Shown piece by piece: positions 1 to 9,548 of a stretch of 64,000 nt of DNA (position 1 is the stretch's first letter; every line of letters begins with the position of its first letter). The translations under genes were made by a program, and so were the position numbers. The notes beneath the pieces were generated by a model. The model worked only from the letters and a program-made list of their open reading frames with translations, had not been told where the DNA came from and searched no databases. Source of the DNA: an uncultured Candidatus Saccharimonas sp. (GTDB taxonomy: Bacteria > Patescibacteriota > Saccharimonadia > Saccharimonadales > OMJO01). The DNA lies in the NCBI GenBank assembly GCA_943353165.1, contig CALRAM010000001.1, positions 237,803-301,802 of the forward strand, given 5' to 3'.

Positions 1-64
1 ACCTTTCCATAAATCTATAAACCCTCTTACAGGATTTATTATAGCATCCGAATGCGGACTAAAA

Positions 65-751
65 CTATGGAGAATAGCTCAAATTTGGCAAAATAATGTT
101 GTTAAAATCGGCGAGGAATGATTCTGACAATGTAGAAACCTCTAGTGTTTTGTCTCTTACTGCAACCAAAATTATGCTTCCCTTTAATCCAGTACTTATC
201 TCTCCGTCAGCCCTAATGCCTAGAACGCTAGGAACTTTTGCATACCTAAAAGCTGAAGTTTTGATCTTGCCAGTTTTTTCCAGAGATTCAAGTTGTTTTA
301 CGACAGTTGAATACGGCTGATTGAGTACTCGAATTCGTAGAGCAAATGCTACTTTAGAGTTTATCCCGGGAACAAAGTTTGGATGGAAGTACCCGTTCAA
401 AGTCGTAGAACTATCGGTGCTTTCCTCTACATATGCACTCCACGTTTTAGGATATTGTATCGATACTCCGCCAGAAACATCCTGACCTTTATATTGCTTT
501 AGTGGTGATTTTTCCTTTTCTACAAACTCGGCGTCCTTGGCTGTCGTAATTTTCTTTTCTAGTACTGCCGACCCATTGGCAACCTTTTGGTCAATATTTG
601 TCTTGTAGTCACTCATTCCCATATATGCCCAACCAGAGAATACAGCCATCGAAATACTCAAAATTAGCAACAGAACGAGAGCTATTTTTAGGCCGATAGA
701 ATTTTTGCTAGAATTTGGTTGCATATTGCTTATGTTACCACATTGCAACAA
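65..751 (-). CDS. hypothetical membrane-anchored protein (one N-terminal TM helix, extracytoplasmic domain)
   Basis: 228-aa ORF. Hydrophobic stretch LKIALVLLLILSISMAVFSGWAY lies near the N-terminus. No motif I recognise. The true start may be the internal Met (MQPNSSK, nt 724). Confidence 0.5.
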   Translation of the reverse strand: MLQCGNISNMQPNSSKNSIGLKIALVLLLILSISMAVFSGWAYMGMSDYKTNIDQKVANGSAVLEKKITTAKDAEFVEKEKSPLKQYKGQDVSGGVSIQYPKTWSAYVEESTDSSTTLNGYFHPNFVPGINSKVAFALRIRVLNQPYSTVVKQLESLEKTGKIKTSAFRYAKVPSVLGIRADGEISTGLKGSIILVAVRDKTLEVSTLSESFLADFNNIILPNLSYSP

Positions 752-770
752 TTTAGTCAGTTATAGATCG

Positions 771-1277
771 TTAATTGTATTCGTAAAGGTATATACCTTT
801 GTCTTGTTTTTTTGGTTTTTTGCTATTTATGGTGAAAACAAAACTTACTAATCGAACTGGTTTAGCACATTCCTTGGTGATTTTTTGGTCTAGTTTTTCC
901 ATATATGGCTGCAGCAAAAAAACAAAGATTGCATCGGCGGGCGGTAACTTTTTTGTCCAAAAATTTCCCCAAACAACCACCACATTTTTGCCGTATTTTC
1001 TAGTTTTAAACCTAGAATACAGCACCAGAAAAGGATTAATCTCGTAGCCTACTGCTTTGATTCCTTGCTCTGCTGCGGCAGCCAAGACCCTACCGTCTCC
1101 GCTCCCCAGTTCCAAAAGCGTCTGTCCTGGGCCCAAGTTTAGCATTTTCATGGCTCTTGGTACTTGTTCTTTTAGGGTTGGCAGAAACGGAGCTCCAAAC
1201 ATTATGACAAAAGTAAAAGCTATAAATACAACTGCAGCCACACTCCACACAATCGGCCAAAAATAACTCTCTATCAT
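771..1277 (-). CDS. class I SAM-dependent methyltransferase with N-terminal TM helix
   Basis: SAM-binding motif I LELGSGDGRV. N-terminal hydrophobic segment WPIVWSVAAVVFIAFTFVIMF. 4-nt overlap with the upstream xseB. Confidence 0.6.
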   Translation of the reverse strand: MIESYFWPIVWSVAAVVFIAFTFVIMFGAPFLPTLKEQVPRAMKMLNLGPGQTLLELGSGDGRVLAAAAEQGIKAVGYEINPFLVLYSRFKTRKYGKNVVVVWGNFWTKKLPPADAIFVFLLQPYMEKLDQKITKECAKPVRLVSFVFTINSKKPKKQDKGIYLYEYN

Positions 1278-1498
1278 TGCTTGTCAAAACTAGCTTTTAG
1301 TCGATTGACCTTGTTCTGTGTAGTTTTCAGATGAGTTTCTAATAGGTCTATTATTTGTAGCCCTCGCTCATAAGCTTCTGCTGCCGAATCTATATCTATA
1401 TCAGAGCTCTGCATAGAATTTGTCAATTCTTCTAGCTCGGCAGATAATTTGCGATAATCTATTGGTTTTGCTGACTTCATGGACCTATTGTACTTCAA
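1274..1498 (-). CDS. xseB: exodeoxyribonuclease VII small subunit
   Basis: 74-aa helical protein (LEELTNSMQSSDIDIDSAAEAYERGLQIIDLLETHL) directly downstream of and overlapping xseA, which is the canonical arrangement. Confidence 0.7.
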   Translation of the reverse strand: MKYNRSMKSAKPIDYRKLSAELEELTNSMQSSDIDIDSAAEAYERGLQIIDLLETHLKTTQNKVNRLKASFDKQ

Positions 1499-2606
1499 CT
1501 TTATTTATTTTGCCTTCTACTATGCCGTCATTTAACTGAATAGTGACTGTACCCCCAGCCTGTAATTGTCGCGCTGAACGAATCAACTGAGTGTTATGAC
1601 GAACAATAGCATAGCCTCTTTTCATTGTAGTAATTGGGCTCAAGGCCTCTAAGAGTTGTCGTTTTTGAGCAAGACTCTCTTTAGTTAATTCAACGAAAAT
1701 ATTCCAAAAACCATCTAGATTATTTCTCCTAAATTTTATGTCAGTAGAAAAAGACGCTAAACTATTTTTAGCCAGCGAATGCATTTGCTTTCGTGTAACC
1801 GTCAAGGCCTTTATGACATCATTTCTGTCTGGAACTAGCTGTTCGGCGGCGTTACTTGGAGTACTACAGCGTCTGTCGGCTGCCAACTCTGCCAAGCTAA
1901 TATCAATTTCGTGTCCAACAGCCACGACAGTTGGAACACGGCTACCTGCTACCGCCCTAGTTACTTGTTCCGTGCTAAATACCGCCAGATCGTCAGCGCT
2001 ACCGCCACCGCGAGTAATAACCAATACATCTACCTGCTCCCCGTTGCCATTGAAATATTCAATAGCGCTAGTTATTTGGGCTACAGCTTTATCTCCTTGA
2101 ACCTGAACATTTGCCAAAAATATTTCCAGACCACCCCATCTTTGTCCAATTATCTTTAAAAAATCGTGATAAGCTGCCGAATCGGCAGAAGCTATCAGAC
2201 CTATTCTCTTTGGAGGATATGGAATTGCTCGCTTTCTAGAATCTTCAAAAAGCCCTTCAACTCGTAGTTTTGCTTCTAGCAACGCGGCCGCCTTTTTTAT
2301 GGAACCCTCGCCTACTGGAATCATAGCCTGAACATTTACGCTAAAACCAAACTGCGGATGAACTCGTGGTTGACCACGAACTTGAAGCAACATCCCGTCT
2401 TCTAGCGGACCGGTCATCTGAAACACAGTTCCAAAAAATTTTTGGCTACAGTGCTCGTCCTTTAGGTCAAAATACACCCACTTGCCTTTGCTAATTCTCA
2501 AATTTGCTAGTTCGCCAACAATTACTACTTCTGGATATGCAAATTCTAGTGTTTGGTTCAGTAACGATACAAAATCTGTTACCGACATAACCAAATCTGT
2601 GATCAT
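1485..2606 (-). CDS. xseA: exodeoxyribonuclease VII large subunit
   Basis: 373 aa. N-terminal OB-fold-like region (VVIVGELANLRISKGKWVYFDLKDE) and a central catalytic region (ITRGGGSADDL, VAVGHEIDISLAELAAD). Confidence 0.85.
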   Translation of the reverse strand: MITDLVMSVTDFVSLLNQTLEFAYPEVVIVGELANLRISKGKWVYFDLKDEHCSQKFFGTVFQMTGPLEDGMLLQVRGQPRVHPQFGFSVNVQAMIPVGEGSIKKAAALLEAKLRVEGLFEDSRKRAIPYPPKRIGLIASADSAAYHDFLKIIGQRWGGLEIFLANVQVQGDKAVAQITSAIEYFNGNGEQVDVLVITRGGGSADDLAVFSTEQVTRAVAGSRVPTVVAVGHEIDISLAELAADRRCSTPSNAAEQLVPDRNDVIKALTVTRKQMHSLAKNSLASFSTDIKFRRNNLDGFWNIFVELTKESLAQKRQLLEALSPITTMKRGYAIVRHNTQLIRSARQLQAGGTVTIQLNDGIVEGKINKVEVQ

Positions 2607-3637
2607 GCTGGTTTCTTTTTTTGCATATTCTTGTTATAGAAATAATACCCGGGAGGCAACTGAATTAGCATATTTAAAATCCGATACATTATGGTAACAG
2701 GAATACTCAACCCCGGGCTAACACCTGCAGCTACCAGCACACCTGTCATCAACGCTTCAAAAATTCCAACACCGCCAGGTAACACAGATATAAATCCTGC
2801 AAAGCTGGCCACAGCGTATGCCAATATAACTGCTCCGGGATTAACGAATTGACCAAACGCAACATAGACCGTGTAAATGGTCAAAATTTCTGTTGTGTTG
2901 GCAGCTAACGCCCACAATAAAGGCGCTTTCAAAGCTCTCCAGTCGGATTTGAGCATCAAGTAGTTTTCGTGCAGGGTTGTAACATTTTCTCTGGCCTTGG
3001 CTATGCTGATTGTCTCTGATTTTTGTCGTCTAAAAAAATAAATTGACTTGTTGACTAGTCTAGTCAAAAAAGTAAAAAAAGAATTTATTCTGGTCTTGCT
3101 GCCTATTATGAAGGCTAACCCAAAAGTGGCAACTACTAATAATGTAGCTAGAGAACCTGCTACCAAAATAGTCAAACGGTTTGCGCTGCCTCCAATCGCC
3201 AACATCAACAGACCGGCTACTAGTAGAATCTGAAAAGATAAAAATATGGATATAAACTTTACCAACTGAACCAGCGTAGACTTGGTACCCGAAACTCCTG
3301 CGTCCTTCATTCGCAAACTAAAATAAGAGAAACTAGAAACCCCACCACTAGGAAAAACAGTATTTATAAAATTTACTTCCATAGTTACCCTCAGCATTGA
3401 CTTGTAGCGAATATGCTCGCCCAGAATTTTGAAATATTGCATATACAATCTGGTATATGAATGGTAATTTATGGCCTGCCAAACCAACATTGCTGGCAAT
3501 ACCCAAAAATCAACTCTACGAAGGTTATCTATGGTTAAAAATATTTGTCTCCTTACGGCAATAATCAAAACAGCCAACGCCAAAAAGGTAGCAATATTTA
3601 AAACTAGTTTCCAGCGACCGTTTGCCAATTTATGCAT
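2603..3637 (-). CDS. polytopic membrane protein, lysylphosphatidylglycerol-synthase-TM / flippase-like (UPF0104-like)
   Basis: 344 aa with about 8 hydrophobic helices. The N-terminal pattern (RWKLVLNIATFLALAVLI...IDNLRRVDFWVLPAMLVWQAINY) resembles the UPF0104 family. ATGA overlap with xseA. Confidence 0.55.
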   Translation of the reverse strand: MHKLANGRWKLVLNIATFLALAVLIIAVRRQIFLTIDNLRRVDFWVLPAMLVWQAINYHSYTRLYMQYFKILGEHIRYKSMLRVTMEVNFINTVFPSGGVSSFSYFSLRMKDAGVSGTKSTLVQLVKFISIFLSFQILLVAGLLMLAIGGSANRLTILVAGSLATLLVVATFGLAFIIGSKTRINSFFTFLTRLVNKSIYFFRRQKSETISIAKARENVTTLHENYLMLKSDWRALKAPLLWALAANTTEILTIYTVYVAFGQFVNPGAVILAYAVASFAGFISVLPGGVGIFEALMTGVLVAAGVSPGLSIPVTIMYRILNMLIQLPPGYYFYNKNMQKKKPA

Positions 3638-3681
3638 ATATCCAACATTATACTCGAAAAACGGCTATACTAATCAACATA

Positions 3682-4914
3682 ATGCAAACAAAAAGTATAT
3701 GTATCTTGGGGCGACAGCCAGAACTAGGACTAGCCGAGCTAGAAAGCCTATTTGGGCCAGAAAAAGTGCATTTGATTAGCAATGAAGCTGCACTCTTAGA
3801 CATAGATCCCTGTGTAGTTCCCTTTGCGAGGTTGGGTGGCAGCATAAAGCTGGCCAAACTTTTGACCGTTCTAGACACCACACAGTGGTCGGATTTAGAA
3901 AAATTTGGTCTAGAAACTATACCGGAACATGTCCAAAATGTGCCAGAAGGAAAATTCAAGCTAGGTATCAGTGCTTATACCCTAAATGTCAGCCCCAAAC
4001 GAATTAACGCAACCGCTCTGAGCTTTAAGAAGGCTATCAAAGCAACTGGCCGAAATGTCAGAATAATTCCAAACAATTCCAAACAACTATCTAGTGCCCA
4101 AGTGCTACACAATCAGCTAACGTCTAACACAGGATGGGAGCTTTTATTTATAGGAGCCGGAACCCAAACCTATCTAGCCCAGACTATAGTAGTCCAAAAT
4201 ATAGACGCCTACGCAGCTCGCGACCAAGTACGACCAAAAAGAGACGCCCGAGTAGGCATGCTTCCCCCAAAATTAGCCCAAATAATCATAAATCTGGCCA
4301 CTGGAAAATTGCCCCCACCAAAAATCCAGCCAGAAACAGACGGAATCTGTGCTCCTCCAGATTCAGGGGCGAACGGACAAACAGTCTTGGACCCATTTTG
4401 CGGTACAGGCGTAATCCTGCAGGAATCTTTGTTAATGGGCTATAACGCCTATGGAACAGACCTAGAACCACGAATGGTAGAATACAGCCAAACCAATTTG
4501 GACTGGCTAACTGCCAACTTCAAAGCACCCAACTATGCTGTCAAAACTGGCGATGCTACAAATACAAATTGGCCAGATGGACTAGAGATAGTAGCTACAG
4601 AAACATACCTAGGACGACCCTTTACTGCAGTTCCAAAACCTAATATCCTGAACGAAGTAATTTCTGACGTAAACACTATTCATAGAAAATTTTTACAAAA
4701 TTTGGCCAGTCAAACAAAAAAAGGGGTTCGGATGTGCATAGCCATGCCCGCCTGGAAAACTCCAAATGGCTTTAAACACCTTCAGGTACTTGATTCTCTA
4801 GAGGAAATCGGTTATACTCGTATCAGTTTCGTTCACAACCCAACAAATAATCTGCTGTATTTTCGGCCAGATCAAATCGTTGCTCGCGAACTAGTAGTTT
4901 TAATAAGAAAATAA
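3682..4914 (+). CDS. putative RNA (or DNA) methyltransferase, UPF0020/Trm11-like
   Basis: SAM motif I VLDPFCGTGVILQESLLMG followed by YGTDLEP. The ORF track starts at 3622, but the Met at 3682 (MQTKSICILGRQPELG) avoids overlap with the divergent gene. TATACT lies 8 nt upstream of it. The catalytic DPPY motif is not obvious (reads TETYLGRPF). Confidence 0.55.
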   Translation: MQTKSICILGRQPELGLAELESLFGPEKVHLISNEAALLDIDPCVVPFARLGGSIKLAKLLTVLDTTQWSDLEKFGLETIPEHVQNVPEGKFKLGISAYTLNVSPKRINATALSFKKAIKATGRNVRIIPNNSKQLSSAQVLHNQLTSNTGWELLFIGAGTQTYLAQTIVVQNIDAYAARDQVRPKRDARVGMLPPKLAQIIINLATGKLPPPKIQPETDGICAPPDSGANGQTVLDPFCGTGVILQESLLMGYNAYGTDLEPRMVEYSQTNLDWLTANFKAPNYAVKTGDATNTNWPDGLEIVATETYLGRPFTAVPKPNILNEVISDVNTIHRKFLQNLASQTKKGVRMCIAMPAWKTPNGFKHLQVLDSLEEIGYTRISFVHNPTNNLLYFRPDQIVARELVVLIRK

Positions 4915-4919
4915 TTGTT

Positions 4920-5036
4920 TGTAGTTGCGAGAGATTCTCTTTCGCGAGTGCAATGCAAGGCAGAACTGAGCAACGGAGTGAACCGTACTAGAGGTACGGT
5001 GAACGAGTAGCAGAAGTTCTAACGCGGCAGTGTGCC
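4920..5036 (+). promoter_or_regulatory. structured 5' leader upstream of rpmA (candidate ribosomal-protein autoregulatory element)
   Basis: Nested inverted repeats: ACCGTAC-tagag-GTACGGT enclosed by AGAACT...AGTTCT. A further hairpin GGCA-gtg-TGCC sits just before the AAGGAG Shine-Dalgarno. Confidence 0.25.
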
Positions 5037-5051
5037 GTGAAGGAGAATCGA

Positions 5052-5324
5052 ATGTCACATGTAAAAGCAGGCGGAACAAGCAAGAATAACCACGATAGTC
5101 CTGGTCAACGCCTAGGAGTAAAGCTATTTGGTGGCGAAAAAGTCAAAACTGGACAAGTTATTGTCCGCCAAGTTGGTCAGACAAAGAGAGCTGGCGCTGG
5201 CGCTTTCGTTAGCCGAAACTACACTATCCACGCCGCAAAAGATGGTGTCGTCAAGTTTTCTACTCGTAGGGTTCGACTATTTAGTGGCAAATCTGTATCT
5301 CGGTCCGAAGTCAGCGTAGTATAG
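5052..5324 (+). CDS. rpmA: 50S ribosomal protein L27
   Basis: MSHVKAGGTSKNNHDSPGQRLGVKLFGGEKV matches the L27 N-terminus. AAGGAG lies 7 nt upstream of the ATG at 5052, so the GTG at 5037 in the ORF track is probably not the start. Confidence 0.9.
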   Translation: MSHVKAGGTSKNNHDSPGQRLGVKLFGGEKVKTGQVIVRQVGQTKRAGAGAFVSRNYTIHAAKDGVVKFSTRRVRLFSGKSVSRSEVSVV

Positions 5325-5340
5325 CCTAACTGCACCCAAA

Positions 5341-6054
5341 TTAGTTTGGTTTTTTAGTTCTGTCGAAAACCATCACGGTATTAAAACCTAGCGGTTCTCC
5401 TCGAAGTTTGGCAGCCGAAGCTCGGTGATTGCTGTTAGTAGTAAACACTATTGGCTTACTGCCATCTGCCGGTAAAATAATACCCAAAGCCCCATATTCA
5501 AGTTTCGGCAATTGCGAGGCCCTAGCGGCGTAATCTTCTATGACATCTATGCTTTTACCGACCCCACTGACGCCTAAACTATCTGTATATTGCTTGCCAT
5601 GCCCCTCGCCTCTACCAGACCATCCAGTAGCTTCGTCAAATGTTCCAGTACCTACTATGACAGACGGGTCTATCCATAACAGGCCTTCTGTTTTCAAAAT
5701 AGTAGCCCGTTCATCTCCAAAATCTTCAGGCTTAACTAATCTATAAGGCATGTTTTCTAGAAATTCTATTGATTTTTTGTCAGCAATTAATGTTCTGGCT
5801 GTTTCTATGCCAGCTGTTATGTCATCTGCTGAGGGCGCACTTTCCGTAACTGGTACTCCCTGCGATCCCAATTCGGCTACTAGTACTGGGACCCATCCTG
5901 AGTCTATGTTAATAACCCCGTTTTCGTCTGGCATGGGTGATCTTTCTATGAATAATGCAAAATCTGGGTTTACTGGTGGTGTTTCTACCGTCGTATTACC
6001 AGGCATAGAATCTTCGACAGGCAGAAAGCTTGGAGGTGATGATGTGTCTTCCAT
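5341..6054 (-). CDS. hypothetical cytoplasmic protein; C-terminal segment weakly ParB/sulfiredoxin-like
   Basis: 237 aa with no TM or signal peptide. The C-terminal PIVFTTNSNHRASAAKLRGEPLGFNTVMVF resembles the ParB-N/Srx pattern (x-G/N-x-H-R-x-x-A-A-x-x-L-G). Starts 9 nt after the receiver gene. Confidence 0.4.
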   Translation of the reverse strand: MEDTSSPPSFLPVEDSMPGNTTVETPPVNPDFALFIERSPMPDENGVINIDSGWVPVLVAELGSQGVPVTESAPSADDITAGIETARTLIADKKSIEFLENMPYRLVKPEDFGDERATILKTEGLLWIDPSVIVGTGTFDEATGWSGRGEGHGKQYTDSLGVSGVGKSIDVIEDYAARASQLPKLEYGALGIILPADGSKPIVFTTNSNHRASAAKLRGEPLGFNTVMVFDRTKKPN

Positions 6055-6063
6055 ATTTAATTG

Positions 6064-6528
6064 CTACATTCTAAGATGGCGTTTTATTCTTTCTACTACA
6101 TCTGCTATTACAACCTGAGATTTTACCAAATAATCGTCTACGCCCAAGCTCATGGCTTTTTCTTTATCTGCAGGCTGGCTCAATGCCGTCAACATGACAA
6201 CTTTTAGATTGGTTGTCGCGGGTGTGTTACGAAATATATCTAGTACGTCAAAACCACTAATTTTTGGCATCATTACATCCAACAGCACCAAATCTGGCTT
6301 GAACGATATTGCCGCGGCCAATGCATCCTCTCCATTTGGCACATGAACAACTTCAAATCCCTCTGCCTGTAATCTAGTCAAATAAACCGACGCCATACCT
6401 TCATCGTCCTCTACTATCAATATCTTTTTTTTCTTTGCCGGTGGGTCCACAGGTTCAGTTTTAGGTTGGGTTTGAAATTGTGGTGTTTGGCTAGCTGAAC
6501 TTATCTGTGTGTTTGTGTTGTCTTCCAT
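6064..6528 (-). CDS. single-domain response regulator (CheY-like receiver) with low-complexity N-terminal extension
   Basis: KKILIVEDDEGM...DLVLLDVMMPKISGFDVL...VVMLTALSQP...DDYLVKS gives the canonical receiver Asp, Thr and Lys positions. There is no output domain, and no histidine kinase lies in the window. Confidence 0.8.
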   Translation of the reverse strand: MEDNTNTQISSASQTPQFQTQPKTEPVDPPAKKKKILIVEDDEGMASVYLTRLQAEGFEVVHVPNGEDALAAAISFKPDLVLLDVMMPKISGFDVLDIFRNTPATTNLKVVMLTALSQPADKEKAMSLGVDDYLVKSQVVIADVVERIKRHLRM

Positions 6529-6567
6529 TACGCTAATGCTACCACATTAGAGCAATTTTGGAAAGGT

Positions 6568-8169
6568 CTAGATCATCGCCTTCAAGAATCCGTCGAACAA
6601 AGGGTGAGCCCTGCTTGGTCTAGATTTAAATTCAGGATGAAACTGGGTTGCAATCATAAAAGGATGGTCTATTGCCTCTATCATTTCTACTAAACTTTTG
6701 TCGGGGCTGGTACCGACGATTCTAATACCCCAAGCTTCGTATTGGTCTCTAAAATCATTATTGCATTCATATCTATGGCGATGTCTTTCGTTTATTTTTA
6801 GGGTCTTGTAGAGTTTGGCGCTCTGGCTATCTTTTGCTATTACACAGGGATAATCACCTAGTCGCATTGTGCCTCCGGTGTTTTCTTTTCCTTTTTGGTC
6901 GTTCATCGTATCTATGACCAAGTTAGTTCCTTGTGGGTCTATCTCTGAAGACGTGGCACTAGCAACCCCTGCGTTTCTGGCGGCAGCTACTACTGCCATT
7001 TGCAATCCCAAACACAAACCCAGATAAGGTACTTTTTCTTTTAGGCAATACTGGGCTGCCTTTATTTTGCCCTCTAATCCGCGAGTTCCAAAACCGCCAG
7101 GAACAACTACGCCATCACATTTTTTTAGCTGCCGTTTAGCCGCCCCATCTCCTGCAGATAAACTTCCAGAATCTATCCAAACAATATCAATACCAACATT
7201 GTTCCACCAAGCCGCTGAACGCAATGCCTCAAAAACACACATATAAGTATCTTGGTTGTCCATATACTTGGCGACAACACCAATTTTGCATATTTTTTTC
7301 GGAACGGCAGTTATGCGGGTTACCATTTTTTCCCACTCTTTTAAGTTTGGTTTTTTGTTAGGTAATCCTAGATGATTGGAAATATATTTACCTATACCCT
7401 GTTGTTCTAATGTCAAAGGAACTTCATAAACCGTTTTGGCATTTGGCAATATAGCAATGCCTGCTTCTGGAACGCCGCAAAAAGCGCTCAACTTTGATTT
7501 TGGGTTATTATTTGAGGGGTCTTCGCTACGAGCTACTAATACTGTTGGCACTATACCCAGGCTGCGCAAGTCACGTACTGCATTTTGAGCGGGCTTTGTT
7601 TTTATCTCTTTGCTAGTGGACAAATATGGCAGATATACCACATGAACATAGGCACAGTTTTCGTTGCCTACTTTGGATCCCAACTCGCGAATAGCCTCAA
7701 AAAATGCCGGACTTTCGTAGTCACCAACCGTACCACCAATCTCTACTATCTGAACGTCATAACCTACACTAGCATCTAATACTGCCTGCTGTATGGCGTT
7801 GGTTAAATGAGGTACAACTTGAACGGTCTTGCCCAGAAACTTTCCGGCACGTTCGTCGTCTATGAGTTTTCGAAGTATCTTTCCGCTCATAACGGAACTT
7901 TTGCTAGTCAACTCTATATCCAAAAATCTCTCATAGTGGCCAAGATCCAAATCGGTTTCTGCACCGTCCTTGGTCACAAAACACTCTCCATGTTCAGCAG
8001 GATTTAGTGTGCCTGCGTCAACGTTTAGGTACGGGTCAAGTTTTTGGCTGTTAACATTTAGGCCTCTGGCTTTTAGTATTGTCCCGATTGAAGCGGCTGT
8101 TATACCCTTTCCTAATCCGGAAAGCACGCCACCTGTTACAAATACATACTTGGTTGGTCGCTTTGCCAC
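6568..8169 (-). CDS. pyrG: CTP synthase
   Basis: KYVFVTGGVLSGLGKGITAAS N-terminus and a C-terminal glutamine amidotransferase domain (GLCLGLQ, HRHRYE). GTG start preceded by AAGAGGTG. Confidence 0.95.
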   Translation of the reverse strand: MAKRPTKYVFVTGGVLSGLGKGITAASIGTILKARGLNVNSQKLDPYLNVDAGTLNPAEHGECFVTKDGAETDLDLGHYERFLDIELTSKSSVMSGKILRKLIDDERAGKFLGKTVQVVPHLTNAIQQAVLDASVGYDVQIVEIGGTVGDYESPAFFEAIRELGSKVGNENCAYVHVVYLPYLSTSKEIKTKPAQNAVRDLRSLGIVPTVLVARSEDPSNNNPKSKLSAFCGVPEAGIAILPNAKTVYEVPLTLEQQGIGKYISNHLGLPNKKPNLKEWEKMVTRITAVPKKICKIGVVAKYMDNQDTYMCVFEALRSAAWWNNVGIDIVWIDSGSLSAGDGAAKRQLKKCDGVVVPGGFGTRGLEGKIKAAQYCLKEKVPYLGLCLGLQMAVVAAARNAGVASATSSEIDPQGTNLVIDTMNDQKGKENTGGTMRLGDYPCVIAKDSQSAKLYKTLKINERHRHRYECNNDFRDQYEAWGIRIVGTSPDKSLVEMIEAIDHPFMIATQFHPEFKSRPSRAHPLFDGFLKAMI

Positions 8170-8260
8170 CTATGCACCTCTTGATTACTTTTACCAATAC
8201 TACCCTAACCAACCCTTAAGTTCAATGTAAAATTTACCTGTAGCTCTAAAACTAATGGTT

Positions 8261-9484
8261 TTATTTTTTCAAAAATTTCAATGCAGCTTCCAGTTGTGGG
8301 TCGATATTTTTTTTGAAATCTTCATCAGATCGTTTTACTTCTGTGTCCGGATTAATTCCTTCTTTGTCTATATTCTTACCAGATGGTGTGTACCATCGTG
8401 CAATTGTAACTTTTAGCAAGCTACCGTCTGATAATTTTTCTAATTGCTGTACACTTCCTTTTCCAAAACTCTTTACGCCAAATAAACTAGCCGCGCCATT
8501 GTCTTTTAAGGCTCCAGCCACGATTTCGCTAGCACTGGCACTACCTTCATCTATTAGCACTACTGTCTTGATGCCAGCCAGAGTACCTGGTCCATCAGAG
8601 TTATAAGTTTGGACTATTGTTTTGCCACGTCTTTCCGTCAGTATATTTTTGCCTGTTGGCAACCATAATCCTGCAACTCCCACTGCAGAATCTACCAAAC
8701 CCCCTGGATCGCTACGCATATCTAGAACTATACCTACTACTCCAGAGGCTTTGAAATCAGAGGCTGCTTTATTAGACAAACGAACTGTGTCGTCAGAGAA
8801 TCTACTAATTCGTATGTAGCCTATGTTGCCTTCCAGTATCTTGCTAGTAACACTAGGTATAGTTATTTCTTGGCGAACTATACTTATTTCTAGCACCTGA
8901 GACACTCCCCTTACAATTTTGAGAACTACTGTTGTGTCTTTTTTGCCACGTATTTTTTGGACTGCTTCGGTAATGGAAATATCATAGGCGCTCTTTCCGT
9001 CTATCTCAGCTATGATATCTTTTGGCTTCAAACCCGCCTTTTCGGCCGGAAATCCTGCTATTGGAGATACTACTATGATGTTGTTCTTTTCATCCTTGCC
9101 CAGTTCTGCACCTATGCCAGTAAATGTTCCGCTCAACTCTTTATTAAACTGTTCTGCGCTGGCTGGATTGAAGTATTCTGTGTAGGGATCGCCAGCGGCC
9201 TTTACTAGCCCGCTTCGCAATCCGTCCATCAACTTTGACTGGTCCAATTGACCATCAAACTGTACCCTCAGCTTGTCGTAGAGAGCCTCTACGCTAGAGT
9301 AATCTAAACTAGCTGTTGTATCTTTCTGGACGCTTTTTAAAGCTTTATTGCCCAGATTTAGGCTAATCTTTCCGTTACCTGTGACTAATCCAAGCCCAAA
9401 AGCACCTGAAATTACTAATAGAATTGTAGCGAACTTTAAAAATCCAATTTTCTGTATTTTGTTTTTTATGACTTTATCTTCCAT
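8261..9484 (-). CDS. ctpA: S41 family C-terminal processing peptidase
   Basis: N-terminal TM anchor, PDZ segment (GFPAEKAGLKPKDIIAEIDG), catalytic region IDEGSASASEIVAGALKD and a downstream Lys. Confidence 0.85.
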   Translation of the reverse strand: MEDKVIKNKIQKIGFLKFATILLVISGAFGLGLVTGNGKISLNLGNKALKSVQKDTTASLDYSSVEALYDKLRVQFDGQLDQSKLMDGLRSGLVKAAGDPYTEYFNPASAEQFNKELSGTFTGIGAELGKDEKNNIIVVSPIAGFPAEKAGLKPKDIIAEIDGKSAYDISITEAVQKIRGKKDTTVVLKIVRGVSQVLEISIVRQEITIPSVTSKILEGNIGYIRISRFSDDTVRLSNKAASDFKASGVVGIVLDMRSDPGGLVDSAVGVAGLWLPTGKNILTERRGKTIVQTYNSDGPGTLAGIKTVVLIDEGSASASEIVAGALKDNGAASLFGVKSFGKGSVQQLEKLSDGSLLKVTIARWYTPSGKNIDKEGINPDTEVKRSDEDFKKNIDPQLEAALKFLKK

Positions 9485-9548
9485 ATATTATTCTAAAACA
9501 TAAGCGCGTACAAACTATATTGTACCGTTTAATCTTGTTTACTGCTAG

